Shown: piece by piece, positions 1 to 12,200 of the stretch
Numbering within the stretch: position 1 is the stretch's first letter
Layout of the letters: each line of letters begins with the position of its first letter
Origin: a virus
Lineage: Duplodnaviria; Caudoviricetes
Strand: one strand, 5' to 3'
Virus record (IMG/VR): IMGVR_UViG_3300048590_001377
Location: 1-56,940 of that record
DNA length: 56,940 nucleotides
Notes under the pieces: generated by a model
The model's database searches: none
What the model saw: the letters and a program-made list of their open reading frames with translations, nothing else
Told to the model about the DNA's origin: nothing
Position numbers and translations under genes: made by a program

Positions 1-219
1 TCACTTCCCCCGCCGGCGCAATGCCTGTGCAATGCTGCGAAACCTACTGGCCTCGTCCTCCAGCCGCCGCACTGCGTCGAACTTGCGGGCGGCACTGCGG
101 GTGGAGTCGGATGACGCCCACAGCACCTGCAATGCCCGCTGCTGCAAGTCCATCGCCTGGGCATCGGCCCATTCGGACTTCTTCACAAATCGGCGTGGCT
201 CGGCCTCAACCTGCATCAT
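1..219 (-). CDS. Hypothetical protein, 72 aa
   Basis: Start overlaps the stop of the giant gene (ATGA-type coupling); helical, charged sequence. Confidence 0.6.
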   Translation of the reverse strand: MMQVEAEPRRFVKKSEWADAQAMDLQQRALQVLWASSDSTRSAARKFDAVRRLEDEASRFRSIAQALRRRGK

Positions 220-3200
220 GGCGAACCTGCCCCGAAGCGCGCTTGCTCACGCGATCGATCCGCCAGATTCGGATTGAGTACCACCCCGCCCTGCGATCTG
301 TCCGAATACCGCTGCCGCGCCCGCAACGAGTTACGCAACGTGCTGGCTTTGATTCCAAGCTCCGGGTATTTGGCGTTGAACCGCCGGATGCCATCGAGCA
401 CCTTGGCATGAGCCTGTAGGTCATTCATGCGAAGCGCCATGGCGTAGGCATCCATCAATGCCTGCCTGCGCCCGATCACATGCGTCTCGAACTTCATGGC
501 AGCGTTGTTCGCCTCATACTGGGCCGACGCCTCAGCGAGTGAGAAGCCGGACGCCTGCGTCGCCAGTTGCCACGGACTCACGCCCTCGATCACCGGGTCA
601 CCACGCAAGGTGTTCACGCCCTCGGTGCCGAATCGGAACGCTTTGAGACCATCGCGAAACGCCTTGGGCAGGATTGTTTCCCAACCGCGCATGAGGTGGC
701 CTTCGTCCATCAGTTGCTTGCCGACGAACAGGTTCTTGCCCATGCCGAACACCGGGCCGGCCAACTGTTCCAAGTAGTAGGCGAAGGAGTCACGGCCTTC
801 CAGTTCGCGGTTTGGCTCACGAACCCACATGTCCGACAGTCCAACGCGGCCCGCAATGTTCGCACCGGTCAGTTCGTTCACCACGCCCTCAGTCACGATC
901 CGGCCACCACGCTGGCCCAGCACGTCGGCCAGGAAGTTGCGCAGCTCGGTTTCAGCGTCGAAATAGTCGTCATCGTCTCCGAAACTGGCGGCAACGGCAT
1001 TGAGCACCGTGAACACGATGGGCAACAACGGCATGCCCATGGCGCCGGCCATGATCCCGGTCATGCCCAGGGTGCCGGACAGGGTCTTGAGCGCCTGCCG
1101 GCGCACGGCCTTGGTCTCGCCCTTCAGGGCTTGGTAGGCGTTGCGGCCCAGGAACCAGGTCATGTTCTGGCTGTACTGCTTGAACAGGAACAACACCTTG
1201 GCGGTGTCCGACTGCATCCAGCGCGGGCGATTCGAATTTCCGTAGTTGAAGTGTGTCTTCCAGATCGCATCCGTCGCGAACTGCACGGCTTCATCGAAGC
1301 TCTTGCCGGCCAGGCGCATGGCCCGGAATGCGGCCATGCCGGTGGCCTCACGGTTCACCACCTCGGCCTTGTGGAACATGAAGGCGATGATCTCCATCGC
1401 CTTTGCATAGGCTGGGTTGTACTTGGTCGAGTCTCCTCCGCTCAGGCCCGCCAGGTTGTGGGCCAGGCTCTTGTCCAGCGCGCCGCGGTCCACCAGCATC
1501 CTGTATGCCCGGCGTTCTTCCGGTTTGGTCAGGGTCTTGCCGATGTTGCCGCCGGTGCGCAGCGCGTCCTTCATCGCCGATGTCAGCAGGGTGCTGGCCT
1601 TGGCCAGCCCGATGTCTGGATGGGCCGACAAGTGCGGGAGCGTGGTCTGCACCACCTGCGTCAGGTTCACCAGCGCGGTGGCCGGGGTCAGGCCCAGGTA
1701 GTAGACGAACCCCAGGCTGGTGGCCGTGCTGGCCGCGCGGGAGTTGGACGGGTTCATGATCCACTCGTGCCGCTTCTTCAGCTCGCTCAACATCGCGTCG
1801 GCCGCTGCAATCTGCTTCGGGTCGGCGTCGCCATGCTTGCGCACAGCATTGTTGTGCTTTTCGGCCCGGTTCACAAAGCCTTCGAGCTGGTGCGAATACT
1901 TCAAGCGCGCAATCTGATGGGCCTCGTGCAGCATGTTGCTGGCGAAGTTGCGGATCGCATCCTGCCCATAGCCTGAAACCGCCTTGCGGTGGATCGAGTG
2001 CTTGCGCTGACTCATTTCCGGCAGGGATTGCAGGTACATTTGGTAAATGTCGTCCTGCGCCTGTATCGGTGCGCCGGTCTTCTGTAGGTGCTGGATCACC
2101 TCGGTGATGAACTTCGCACTCGCACCTTCCAGCAAGCGCGCCTTCTCACCCTTGCGCCCGGTGGCCTTGATCTTGAAGCCTGCCGCCTTGAGTGCATCGA
2201 TCTCCTTCTGCCACTCGCCCACCTTCTCACGCATGATGTAGGTCGGCTCGCCTTCCGGGCTTTCGGCGGAAATCCAGAAATCACCCTGTCGCTGCAAGGG
2301 GAAATACGGCGCCTGCACCCGCTGGGCCTCGAACATCGCCTGAATCTTGGCGATGGTGGACTGCTTGCGCCGGTCGTCCATGTCCATGTCACGGATGCGC
2401 TGCTTCAACGCGGCTTCGCGCTGATCTCGGCGCTTGGCGTACATGTCCCGCGCCCGGCGGTACATGGCTTGGGCTTCCGGGCTGAGTGCCTGCCATTGCT
2501 CTTGCAGGGTCTTGTGGTCCTTCTCGCGCCGGGCGTTGCGCTTGATGAGTCCGCGCACTTCCTTGGCCCGTGCCAGCATCTCGCGCTTGGAGTCACCCGC
2601 ACGTCCACGCATCTGTTCACGGATGGCCAGCAACACCTGTTTCACGTTCTCCTTGTTGGCTTCCAGCTTCTGTCCACCGAACATGATCGGCAACGGCGCA
2701 AAGTCCTTAGCCGGATCCGTGCCGGCAATGGTGGCCTCGTGCATCAGGTCGTTCAGCGCGATGCTGTCCTCCCGGTGCTTGGCGGCCCACTTCTGCCACT
2801 CGTCGGCAAATGTGCCCGCCTCCTCCTGCATCACGTTCCGATCGACGTCCAGCTCCTGCAAGATGTCGGCGTAGTGCTTGATCTGCGGCAGACGCTTGCC
2901 AGCAAGTTCCACCAACTGATCCAGCGTGAACGCACCCAGCCACACCGGTCGGAACTGTTCCAACAGGTTCTTGGCGGCCTGCACCACGGCCTTGCCTGGG
3001 CGAAGCAGCTTCTCGAAGTTGCTGACGATGGCCGGCTCGTTGCCAACCAGCGGCGAGCCGGTTGGGTTGGATGGGGTGGGGTCTGGGCGGGAGAAAAACA
3101 CGGCAGCCTCACGGCCGGCCATGCCGCCCGTGGCCCCGGTGATACGCGACCAGTGCAGGCCGACGCGATCTTCCTTGCGGAGCGCCCGGTAGCGGGCATG

Positions 3201-6200
3201 AACATCCGCCAGCATGGGAAGAATCTGCCCCATCGGCAGTGATGCACTTCCGTCCGGATTGCGCAGCGCCGTCCAGCCCGCCGCAACTTCGCCATCCTGC
3301 CCGCGCGCATGATCGGCCCAGCCGCGCTTATGGAAGGCGCGGAACGTAGCGCGATCCGGGTTCGGCCCGTTCACATCCATTTCGCCCGTGCCAACGTGAA
3401 TCGTCCACGTCAGTGCAGGCTCCTCGTTCACTCCGGCCTCGACCTGCTCTTTGCCGAACACCTCAACCACCAAAGCCTCTTGCGGCATGCCTTGATTCTT
3501 GACCCTGGCGCGAGTCTGGTAGCCTGAGAACGGCCCTAGTCGTACAGAGAAATCCCGTGCCGCGTCATGTACGCCTCCAAGCTCTCGCGTCGCGGATTCC
3601 GAAAGTCTGCGAACCACGCGCTCAAGAGGGCGTGATTCCGCTCCGACAGCGGCGGAAGACTCAGGCGACGCGCCATCGGGTAGCTCGCCATAGGGCCGCC
3701 CCCATAGGCGAAGGTACGCGGCCTTGTCCTGTTCGGTGGTGATCCGTTCGCCCCATTCGTTGATTGGTCGCTCATCGCGGTTGCCCTGTTCTCGACCGGA
3801 GAGGTCGGCTTCCTGTTCCTGCGAGAGTAGGCCGAGCTGGCGCAGCACGTCCAGTTGATCCTGAGACAGATTGCCGACGCCGGATGGCATTTTCGTGGCA
3901 TCGTCTTTGCGGCTGAACATCGGCTGCCCAGCCAGCGCAGCGTCACGCATCTTCGGTGTCAGGTCGATGGCATGGACAGGTTTCAGCTTTGCCTCAACCG
4001 CCTTGATGCGATCTGAGGCCGGCATGGCGTCAAGTTCGGCCCTCGAATATCCGCTGGCGGCAGCGGCAGATTCAAGCTCTGCTGTGGTCGAACTGCCGAC
4101 AAGGCGCGTACTTCCAGCCCTTGCACCAAACGGCTTGGCCCACTTGTTCACGGCGGACGGCAGGATCTTGTCGTAGAAGCCGCGCATGCCGGAGCCGCCG
4201 ACTTTCAGGTCAACGCCTCGGAACTCGCGCTGCCCGCCATTGATCGCCTTGTCTGCGATCTCCTTCCCGACAATCTCCGCAAGCCCCTCCTTCGTCGTGC
4301 TGCGGATGTGTTCGAAGCCTTCGCCGTCACGCGCAACGCTAACCTCGATGGATTGATCGAAGTCGCCATCCAACCGGATCGCATCTACCTGCTTGCTCAG
4401 GTCATACCGCTCGGCCTGCTGCTCGCCCGTGGCCCAGGCGATCCGGTCAAAGCCGTTCTCTGCGGCCATGCGTACCATGCGCTTGAACGCGAGCATGGCC
4501 CACTCGTCGGTGGCCTTGAATGGGGCGTCGGGGACTGCGCCAAGCGCCGCGCGTAAATCTCGCCGGCCGAGCACCATCTGCGCAACCTGCGCGAGATTTG
4601 CGGCGAACTGATTTGGGGCGCTACCGCCGGCCAGCTTGTTCGTCACGGGCGAGCCATCCTTCGATGTCACCACCCAATTTGTGCCGTTGTGGGAAGCCGT
4701 ATAGCCGGCGTCCTCCAACAGCTTCAACACCTCGGCGTCAGGCCTGTCTGCTCGCGCATATCCCTGCTTCCGCCCCGCCTGGTGCCAGTCGCTCTGAATC
4801 TCCTCGAGGAACAGCACCTTCTTCCCATCCGCATCGGTGCGCTCGTTGAAGCGGACGTGGGCGAGGATGTTGGGCTGGTCGAAGTGGTTGGAGCGATAAA
4901 CACCTTGTCGAGTATCGTTACCAATAACTCGCTTGGAGCCATCGGGCATGGTTACATTGTAGGAGCCGTCTGCATTCTTCCAGTTGACCGTTCCACCACC
5001 AAGTTTGTCGCCAGCTTTTAACTCTTGAACGGGCAACGTCAGCAGCAGCTCGCGGTAGTTCTCGCCGCCGGGGAGTTGGTACTGGCCGAACTTGGTATCT
5101 GGCCCGCCCTCTGCGTACTGGGCAACCTCGTCACGATAGCGTTCGCGGGCATCGCGCCGCTCGGCATCGGTCAGTTCACTGTAGGGCGTTTCCTCGTTCG
5201 CGCCGCTCTCGTCGTTCCACCACGCCTCGACCTCGGCTTCAACTGCATCGTTGTCGCCCAGCACAACATCCTGCACCTGCACCTGATTGGCGCGGATGAA
5301 GTCGGTCAGATGATCGCGCGCCACAGCGCCGTCCTGCTTTGCCAGCCAGTCATCCACACCAAGCCAGTCACGTTCGGCCTGCTTCATCTCACCACGGCGA
5401 ATCGCACCATCCATCCAGCCCTTCCAGAATGCAGCATCGCCACCCTTCTTCGGCACGCCTTGCGCCTTGCTCACAGCATCAAGCATGGCGCTGTAGAAGG
5501 TCGGCGTGGATTGAGAGAACGCCATCTCGCGCGCCGGACGCCCCGTTGAGGCAGCCTGACCGCGTGGCGCCTGCGTCACCCGCTTGCGTCCACGGTACAG
5601 CGCATCCAGCAATTCCGCCTCACGGAACGCCTTGCTGATGTTCATGGGGATACCGAGCTTGGCAAGGAACTGGCGAATCTTCGCCACCACGCGCATGGTT
5701 AGGCCTGAGCGAATACCCTGCTCGGCCATGATCGCCAAGAACTCCTTGGCGAAGGTCTCGGCAGACTCATTGCCATAGCGCCGCTCGGCAGATTGCAGCG
5801 CCTTCCAAATCTTCGGCGACACATCGGATTGCTTGAGTCCGCGCAATCGCTTCACGTCAGCCACCAATCGTGCCCAGGCTTCCTTGCCCATCACCCGCTC
5901 GATGCCATAGTGGCCGATGGCCTCATGGCTCAGGGTTTCCAGGGCGCGAGCCACGTCACGGTTGTTGCCGGCCACGATCCAGACGGTTGAGCCGCCATCC
6001 CACCAGCCTTCTACGTCGCTCGGCGCATCGGCGGGCAGATTCGCGCCCTGCTTGCGAGCCTCGGCCACTGACCGCACTAACCGCACCACCGGCTTGTCGC
6101 CCTTCCAAGTGTCCAGCACATTGCGGACGGCAGCCTGCACGTCGGCGGCGCTGGTGAGAAAGCTGGATTTGTTGTTCTCCGCGCGCGAGTAGTACGGCGT

Positions 6201-9200
6201 GATCTGCGCCTTCTCTGGCGTCAAAAGGGCTTCGTCCCAGATCACATAGTTGTGACTGCCTTTGCCATCGCGGCGGCTGTTACCGTCCAGGTAGCGTAGG
6301 CCGGGGATGCCGATGGAGTTGAGTAGCGCCGAGCCAGCCTGCGGGTCTTTGCCATCGACGACGTAACGGCCAGCCTTCTCAGACGCCGAGTACGCACTGG
6401 CGGCGTCGTAGATGTCCCAGCCACTCATGAAGTCCAGCGCCTCAAATGGAGCGCGCTCCTTTATCGCCTTCCGCACCTTCTCCGGCTGCTCACTCAGCGG
6501 CTTGTCCCAATCCAACAGGTCGGAGTCTTCGGGGATTTCAGCGTGGTAGAGCTGGCCGCGCCCCTCCAACAACTGCTCCGCGCGCTCAATGGCAGCAACC
6601 GCCTGATCGTGCTCCGACTGCTCAATCTCACCGTCACGCAGGCTATCTGCGTACTGCCGACGAAGCACAGCAGGCGTGAGGTCTCCGGCCAGCAGTTCGT
6701 CGTACACCCCCGCCGCCATTCTGTCGCCGTTGCGGTCCGCCTCCTGCATCCAGCCACGAATCTTCTGTTCAACAGGCGTCGACAGGATCAGGGCACCGAA
6801 GGTCGCATCCGTCCTGACGTTCTCTGCGTACCACTCGGCAATCTCCCTACGGCTGGCAAAGTTCATGCCGTACCCATACGCCTGCGCCCCTGCGCCCGTA
6901 CCGATCTTGTTGAGCTTGAAGCCGGTCTGCTCGATGCCTCGATGCGGCGTGCCGTGCCACACCCTCTGCTCCAGCATGGAGCCATCCGCCGCCGTCCGCT
7001 GCACAGCCCCTTCGCGGATGCCCCGCGCAATCTCAGCGGCCAGCACACGCAGTTCCGACTTGGTGATCGGCCCAACAAGGCCCAGCTTGCGCAGTGCCGG
7101 TGTCAGGAAGTTGGCGATGAACCGATCCCACCACAGGCGCATGTTGCTCGGCGTGTCTTCGGCGATCCGCGCAAAGACTTCCTCGGCCTGCTCGATTTCG
7201 CTCTTGTCGGCGTACAGCGCCTTGATCTCCTTCCACACCCCTGACAGCGCCTTGCCGTCGCGGGTCCGGTTGATCCGATCAAGGATGTCCTGCTTTACCT
7301 TTGGCGGGAAAAGATTGAGGCCAAAGTGTCCCACCATCTCATGTATAAGCGCCTTGCGGGCGCTTCGTGCGTTCCGCACACGCATTGCCACGATGGCAAT
7401 GGTAGACGTTCCGGGGATGTATCCGGCGGTGAAGGTGTGGGGGCTTCCGTCCTCATTGGGCGGGAAGCCCGAGTAGTCTGGGACGACGACGACTTTGACC
7501 CCGTTCCGAGCCAAGCCGGCACGGCTAGATAGTCGGATTCCGGCAATGGCGTCTTCGACTTCCTGAACACTGAGCGGGTTCTCGATCGGATCGGTGGATT
7601 CGTTGTGGCGGGAGAATAGCACCACATTGCCGGTTTCCGGGTCGGTGCGGCTGAACATGCCCTCTGAACCACGCCGCGCTGCCAGCATTTCGTCGAGTGC
7701 GTCGCCGAGCCCGGCCTTGCGCAGCGCCTCGCGCTGGGTCTCCAGTCCGGCGTCTAGGGTCTTCTTGTCAGCAGCCTGCAGGTCCGGGCCCTTCATGAGC
7801 AGCAGGCGCTGGACGGACTTGAAGTCGCGACGCGCGCTGGCTAGGTTCTCTGCATCCGCGAATGGCTTGGCGGCTTCCTCGATGAACCGCTCCGCCTTGG
7901 TCCGTGCCTCCTCGATCTGTTCGGTCAGACTCGTCTTCTGCGCATCCAGCCTATCGACGGCATTGTTCATGCGCGTGATGAGACCGGAGGCAGAGAAACT
8001 GTCCGCTTCCTTGGCGACGAAGCTCAGAATGTCGCCAAGGTCGTTGCCAACATGCACGCTACCGAAGACGCCGGCCGTGACTTCGAACGACAGTCCGCGC
8101 CATTTGATGGTGAGGTCGTCTGGGTTGCGGCCAAGGACCACATCACGGGCGATCTCTCCAACAGCACGCGCGATGGCCTGAGTGAACTCCTTGCGATCGC
8201 TAATTTTCTTGCCACCCACGGCGCTCCCGGTCGGCACGCCTTCCTTGGTGTCCGGCAGGCGCTCTGCCAGCATCGTTTCGATTGTTTTGAGCTTGCGCGG
8301 CAGGTACTTTTCGGCGTCTTCCTTGGATCGCTGCGCGGCGCGGCGGGCAGCGACGACGTTGTCCGCATGCGCGGCTTCCAGGTTCTCCAGCCGCTTCACG
8401 TCGTTGCGGAGCTGGGTCTCGCGCAGGATCAGAGGATCGCCCGAGGCTGCGGCCTTCATGTCGGCGGCGTTGGACGCCTCGCCGTCGATGTCGTCGATCT
8501 CGTTGATGGTGCCGTCGAAGGTGCGGAGTTGCTCGATGCCGCGCGCCTTGTGTTCGAGGATCTGCCAGCGACGAGCGTCGTAGGTCTGCGCCGTGGCGTA
8601 GCGGTAGATTCCGACCTCGAACCCTTCCGGATCGCGGTCGTAGAGCTTGTTGCCACGTCGGATCACGCGGCCTTCGCGCTGTTCCAGGTCGGACGGCTTC
8701 CACGGGGCGTCGATGTGGTGCAGCGCGACGGCGCGTTCCTGCACATTGGTGCCGGCGCCCATCTTCGGTGTCGAGCCGAACAGAACGCGCACGTCGCCAC
8801 GGTTCACCGCCGCGAACAGCTTAGCCTTGGCGGACGGTGTACTGTAGTCGTGAATGAAGGCGATCTCCCGCTCCGGGATGCCGTTTTTTATCAGCTTCGC
8901 CCGCATATCGTCGTACACGCTGAAGCCGGCCGAGGCGCTCACGCCGGCAATGTCCTGTAGGGTGACCGCCTCAACTTCTGCGGTGTCGATCTCGTTGGCG
9001 TCGTTGTACTCGTCGATCTCCTCCTGTTGCAACTCACCAGAGGCTTCACGGTCTTTGACCCAGCGCGCGCGCGCGTCGGCTCCGGCCAGCGCAGACTCCG
9101 CCCATTCCTTCGCGGCGGCTCGGCTCGGCTGGTCATCTGCCATCAGGTGCCCGGTCGCGGCGTCGTACACGGCGAACGCCGCCGGGCGGTCCTTCGTTTT

Positions 9201-12200
9201 CGCACGCGCCTCGACGATCAGGAACGGCAGTTCCTCGGCACCTTCAAGCGAGTGCAGCGTCGCCCGCCTGTGGATCACAGAGCCGTCTGTGTCGCGCACG
9301 TAGGCACGCTTGGGCTTGTTCGCCAGCGCGGCACGCGCCGAGATCGGCACGCTCATGTCGCAGAACACCAACTGCGTGCCCTTGTCCTTCTTCCAAGCCT
9401 TGTACTCGGCGACGATGTTGTCCACCGCACGGTTGATCTTGGAATCCGGGAAGTCCGGCGCGTTCGGGTTGATCAGACGGTAATCAAGTCCAGCCTTGTT
9501 CGCTTCGCCGGTGAGCGAGAGCGCGTTGACCTTGCCCTTGGTTTCACGGGTCAGCTCGCGCACACGGGCAAAGCGACCAAGCACTGATTTCTCGTCGAGA
9601 TCGATCTCTGGCGTGAGCGCTGCCTCGACAGCACCAGCGCGCGCCTCCTCGGCATTTTCGTAGGTACCCAGCGCGATGGCTTGCGTATCGTCCCCCGCCT
9701 TGTGCATGCGCAGGAACACCTTGCCGTCCATGTCCTCGGTCTCGAAGGTATCGCCATGTGCAAGGTCGAGCTTGAACTTCGCTCCACCGTCCGGCCAGCG
9801 CGAGAGCTTTGGAACGCCCATGAAGTCAGCGACCAACGGCGAGCGTGGCGCGACGACCAATTGAGGGCGGCCGCCCTTCACCTTCGGCACCGGGAACCGC
9901 CCGCCGCGCGCCTCCTCCTGCACCTTGAGGTCGTCCAGCGTGATGACATCGGCAAAGGACAGGTAGTCGGCCATCAACGATGACAGGTTCTGGAACTTGG
10001 CGAAGCGGCTGGATGCACGGAAGCCGGAGCCCGACGGCGCGACCTCGTAGACATTTTCGACACTGCCGTAAGCGCGCGCCCATGCATCGAACATATGCAG
10101 GCCGTCGCGCTTCATCTGCGGGTACTGCATGTAGCGCTGGACGTTGTACATCTCCACCAGCGAATTGCTGACCGGCGTCCCGGTGGCCGTGATGAGCGGC
10201 GCCTGATCGCCGTAGGTCTTGAACAGCCACTGGGTCTTCATGAACAGGTCGAAGGCACGCGCCGAGCCCTTCGGATTGCCCATGCCGGGCACCTTGGTCA
10301 TGGTCGAACTGTAGGTCAGGTTCTTGAATTCGTGAAGTTCGTCCACTCCCAGAGCATCGAGGCCGAGCTCGTCGAAGGTCAGCACCTTGTCGCGGGGGCC
10401 CGCGGCGCTCAGCCGCTCCTTCATCTTGGCTTCGAGGTTCCTCTTGATCCCCTCCATGTCGCGGACAATGTTGCGGTCGCCGCGCTCACGCTTGATCTCC
10501 TCGATGGCCTTGGCAAGGTCGTCGATCTGCTCCTTCAGGATATTGGCCTCCACTTCCGACGGCAGTCCGATCTTCTTCAGCGAACTGTGGCCGAGGATGA
10601 CCGCATCCCAATCGCCGGTAACAATCTTGGAGAACAGCTTGGGTCGGTTCTCTTTGGAGAAATCCTCCGGGCGGGCAGCCAGCACGCGCGCTCCCGGATA
10701 GAGTCGAGTGAACTCACTACGCCATTGCAAGGTCAGGTGGTTGGGCACCGCCAGCACCGGCTTACGCGCGATGCCAAGCCGGCGCATCTCCATGATCATG
10801 CCGACGATCTGGAACGTCTTGCCAGCGCCAACGACGTGATCCAGCAAGATTTGGCGCGACTGAAGGCCGCGCCAAATCCCGTCGAGCTGGTGCTTGAGCA
10901 ACGTGATCGCAGGATTCTTGCCCGGCAAAGACAGGTGCGAACCGTCGTAGCTGCGACGCACCGTGCGATTCATCTTGTCGTTGTACTCGGCGAGCACCTT
11001 CTCCCCGCGCTCTGGGTCACGCCAGAGCCAGGACTTCCACTCATTGCGGATAGCGTTCTGCTTCTCGCGCGCGGCCTCGGTCTCGGCTTCCAGCACGATG
11101 GTGCGGGTCGAGTCGCCGACCTTCTCCGTCTTGGTGACGACCACGGTGCGCCCGTCGATGGTCTGCTGGATGATCTTGTCGGCACCAATGTGCGGCGTGC
11201 CCCAGGTCTGGGCGTTGCGCACCTCGTCAATGTGGCCGGTCTTGTTGAACATCCAGCGACCCAGCGACTTCACATAGCTGGTCGAAACCTTCGCGCCAGT
11301 GATGTGCTCAATGAAGTCTTCCACGATGGAACTCGGCACGAAGTGCGCGCCAAGAGAAATGTGGATCTCGCTGGGGCTCTTGTCCTTCGGGATAACGGCC
11401 TTGAGCGCCTTGACGTTGCGCGTGAACGCGGAATCGGCCTTAGCCGCAGCCTCGGCCTCCGCGAGCTTGGTCTTCACGTCGCCGGACAGGTAGGCGTCTG
11501 CGGTCTCAATACCGCCCTCCGGCGTCGAGTACACCAGATCGCCGAGTTCCGCGACGATGGCATCCTGATCCTTGCCGTAAACCCGCGCCATGTAAGCGGG
11601 GTCAACCGTGCCACGGTAATTGAGGCTGGCGATCAATGCGTCTTTGGCGCTGAACACCGCCTGCATATCGTTCTGCGGGAACGCGACCCGTCGCTCGAAG
11701 ATGTCGGCCTTCCTCGCCGATGCAGCGCGAGGCTCGATGCCTTCCCTGTCGGCAACCGCCTTGCTGATGCCATTGTCGTAGTCGAACTCCAGCGCCTGCA
11801 CGAGATCGCTGTCGCTGTCCTCCTTGAACAAGCGGTAATTGGTCGGCGAGTTCAGGTAGCCGTGCTCCTTCAGGAAGGTGTCGTAGGCTTTGTTCAGGCG
11901 ATTGCGGCTGGCGGCAATCGCTTTGTCTGTTGCCAGCGGGTCGCGTTCCAGAAGCATCTGCGCACGCAGGGCATCGCGCACGGCAATCATGCCACGCATG
12001 CGGGCTTCGGCCTTGGCGTTCGGCGGCGTCCACGCATCCGCAGTCTTCGCACCTGCGGTGTCCTCACCACGTTGCTGGATTACACCCTTGCCATCCACGT
12101 AGTAGCTGCCGACCTTGATCCCGTCCGGCACCTCGGCCTTCTGCATTGATTCGGTGCGGTCGATCGGCTGGTAGATGCCTTCTGGCAAGCGGTTGACCCA

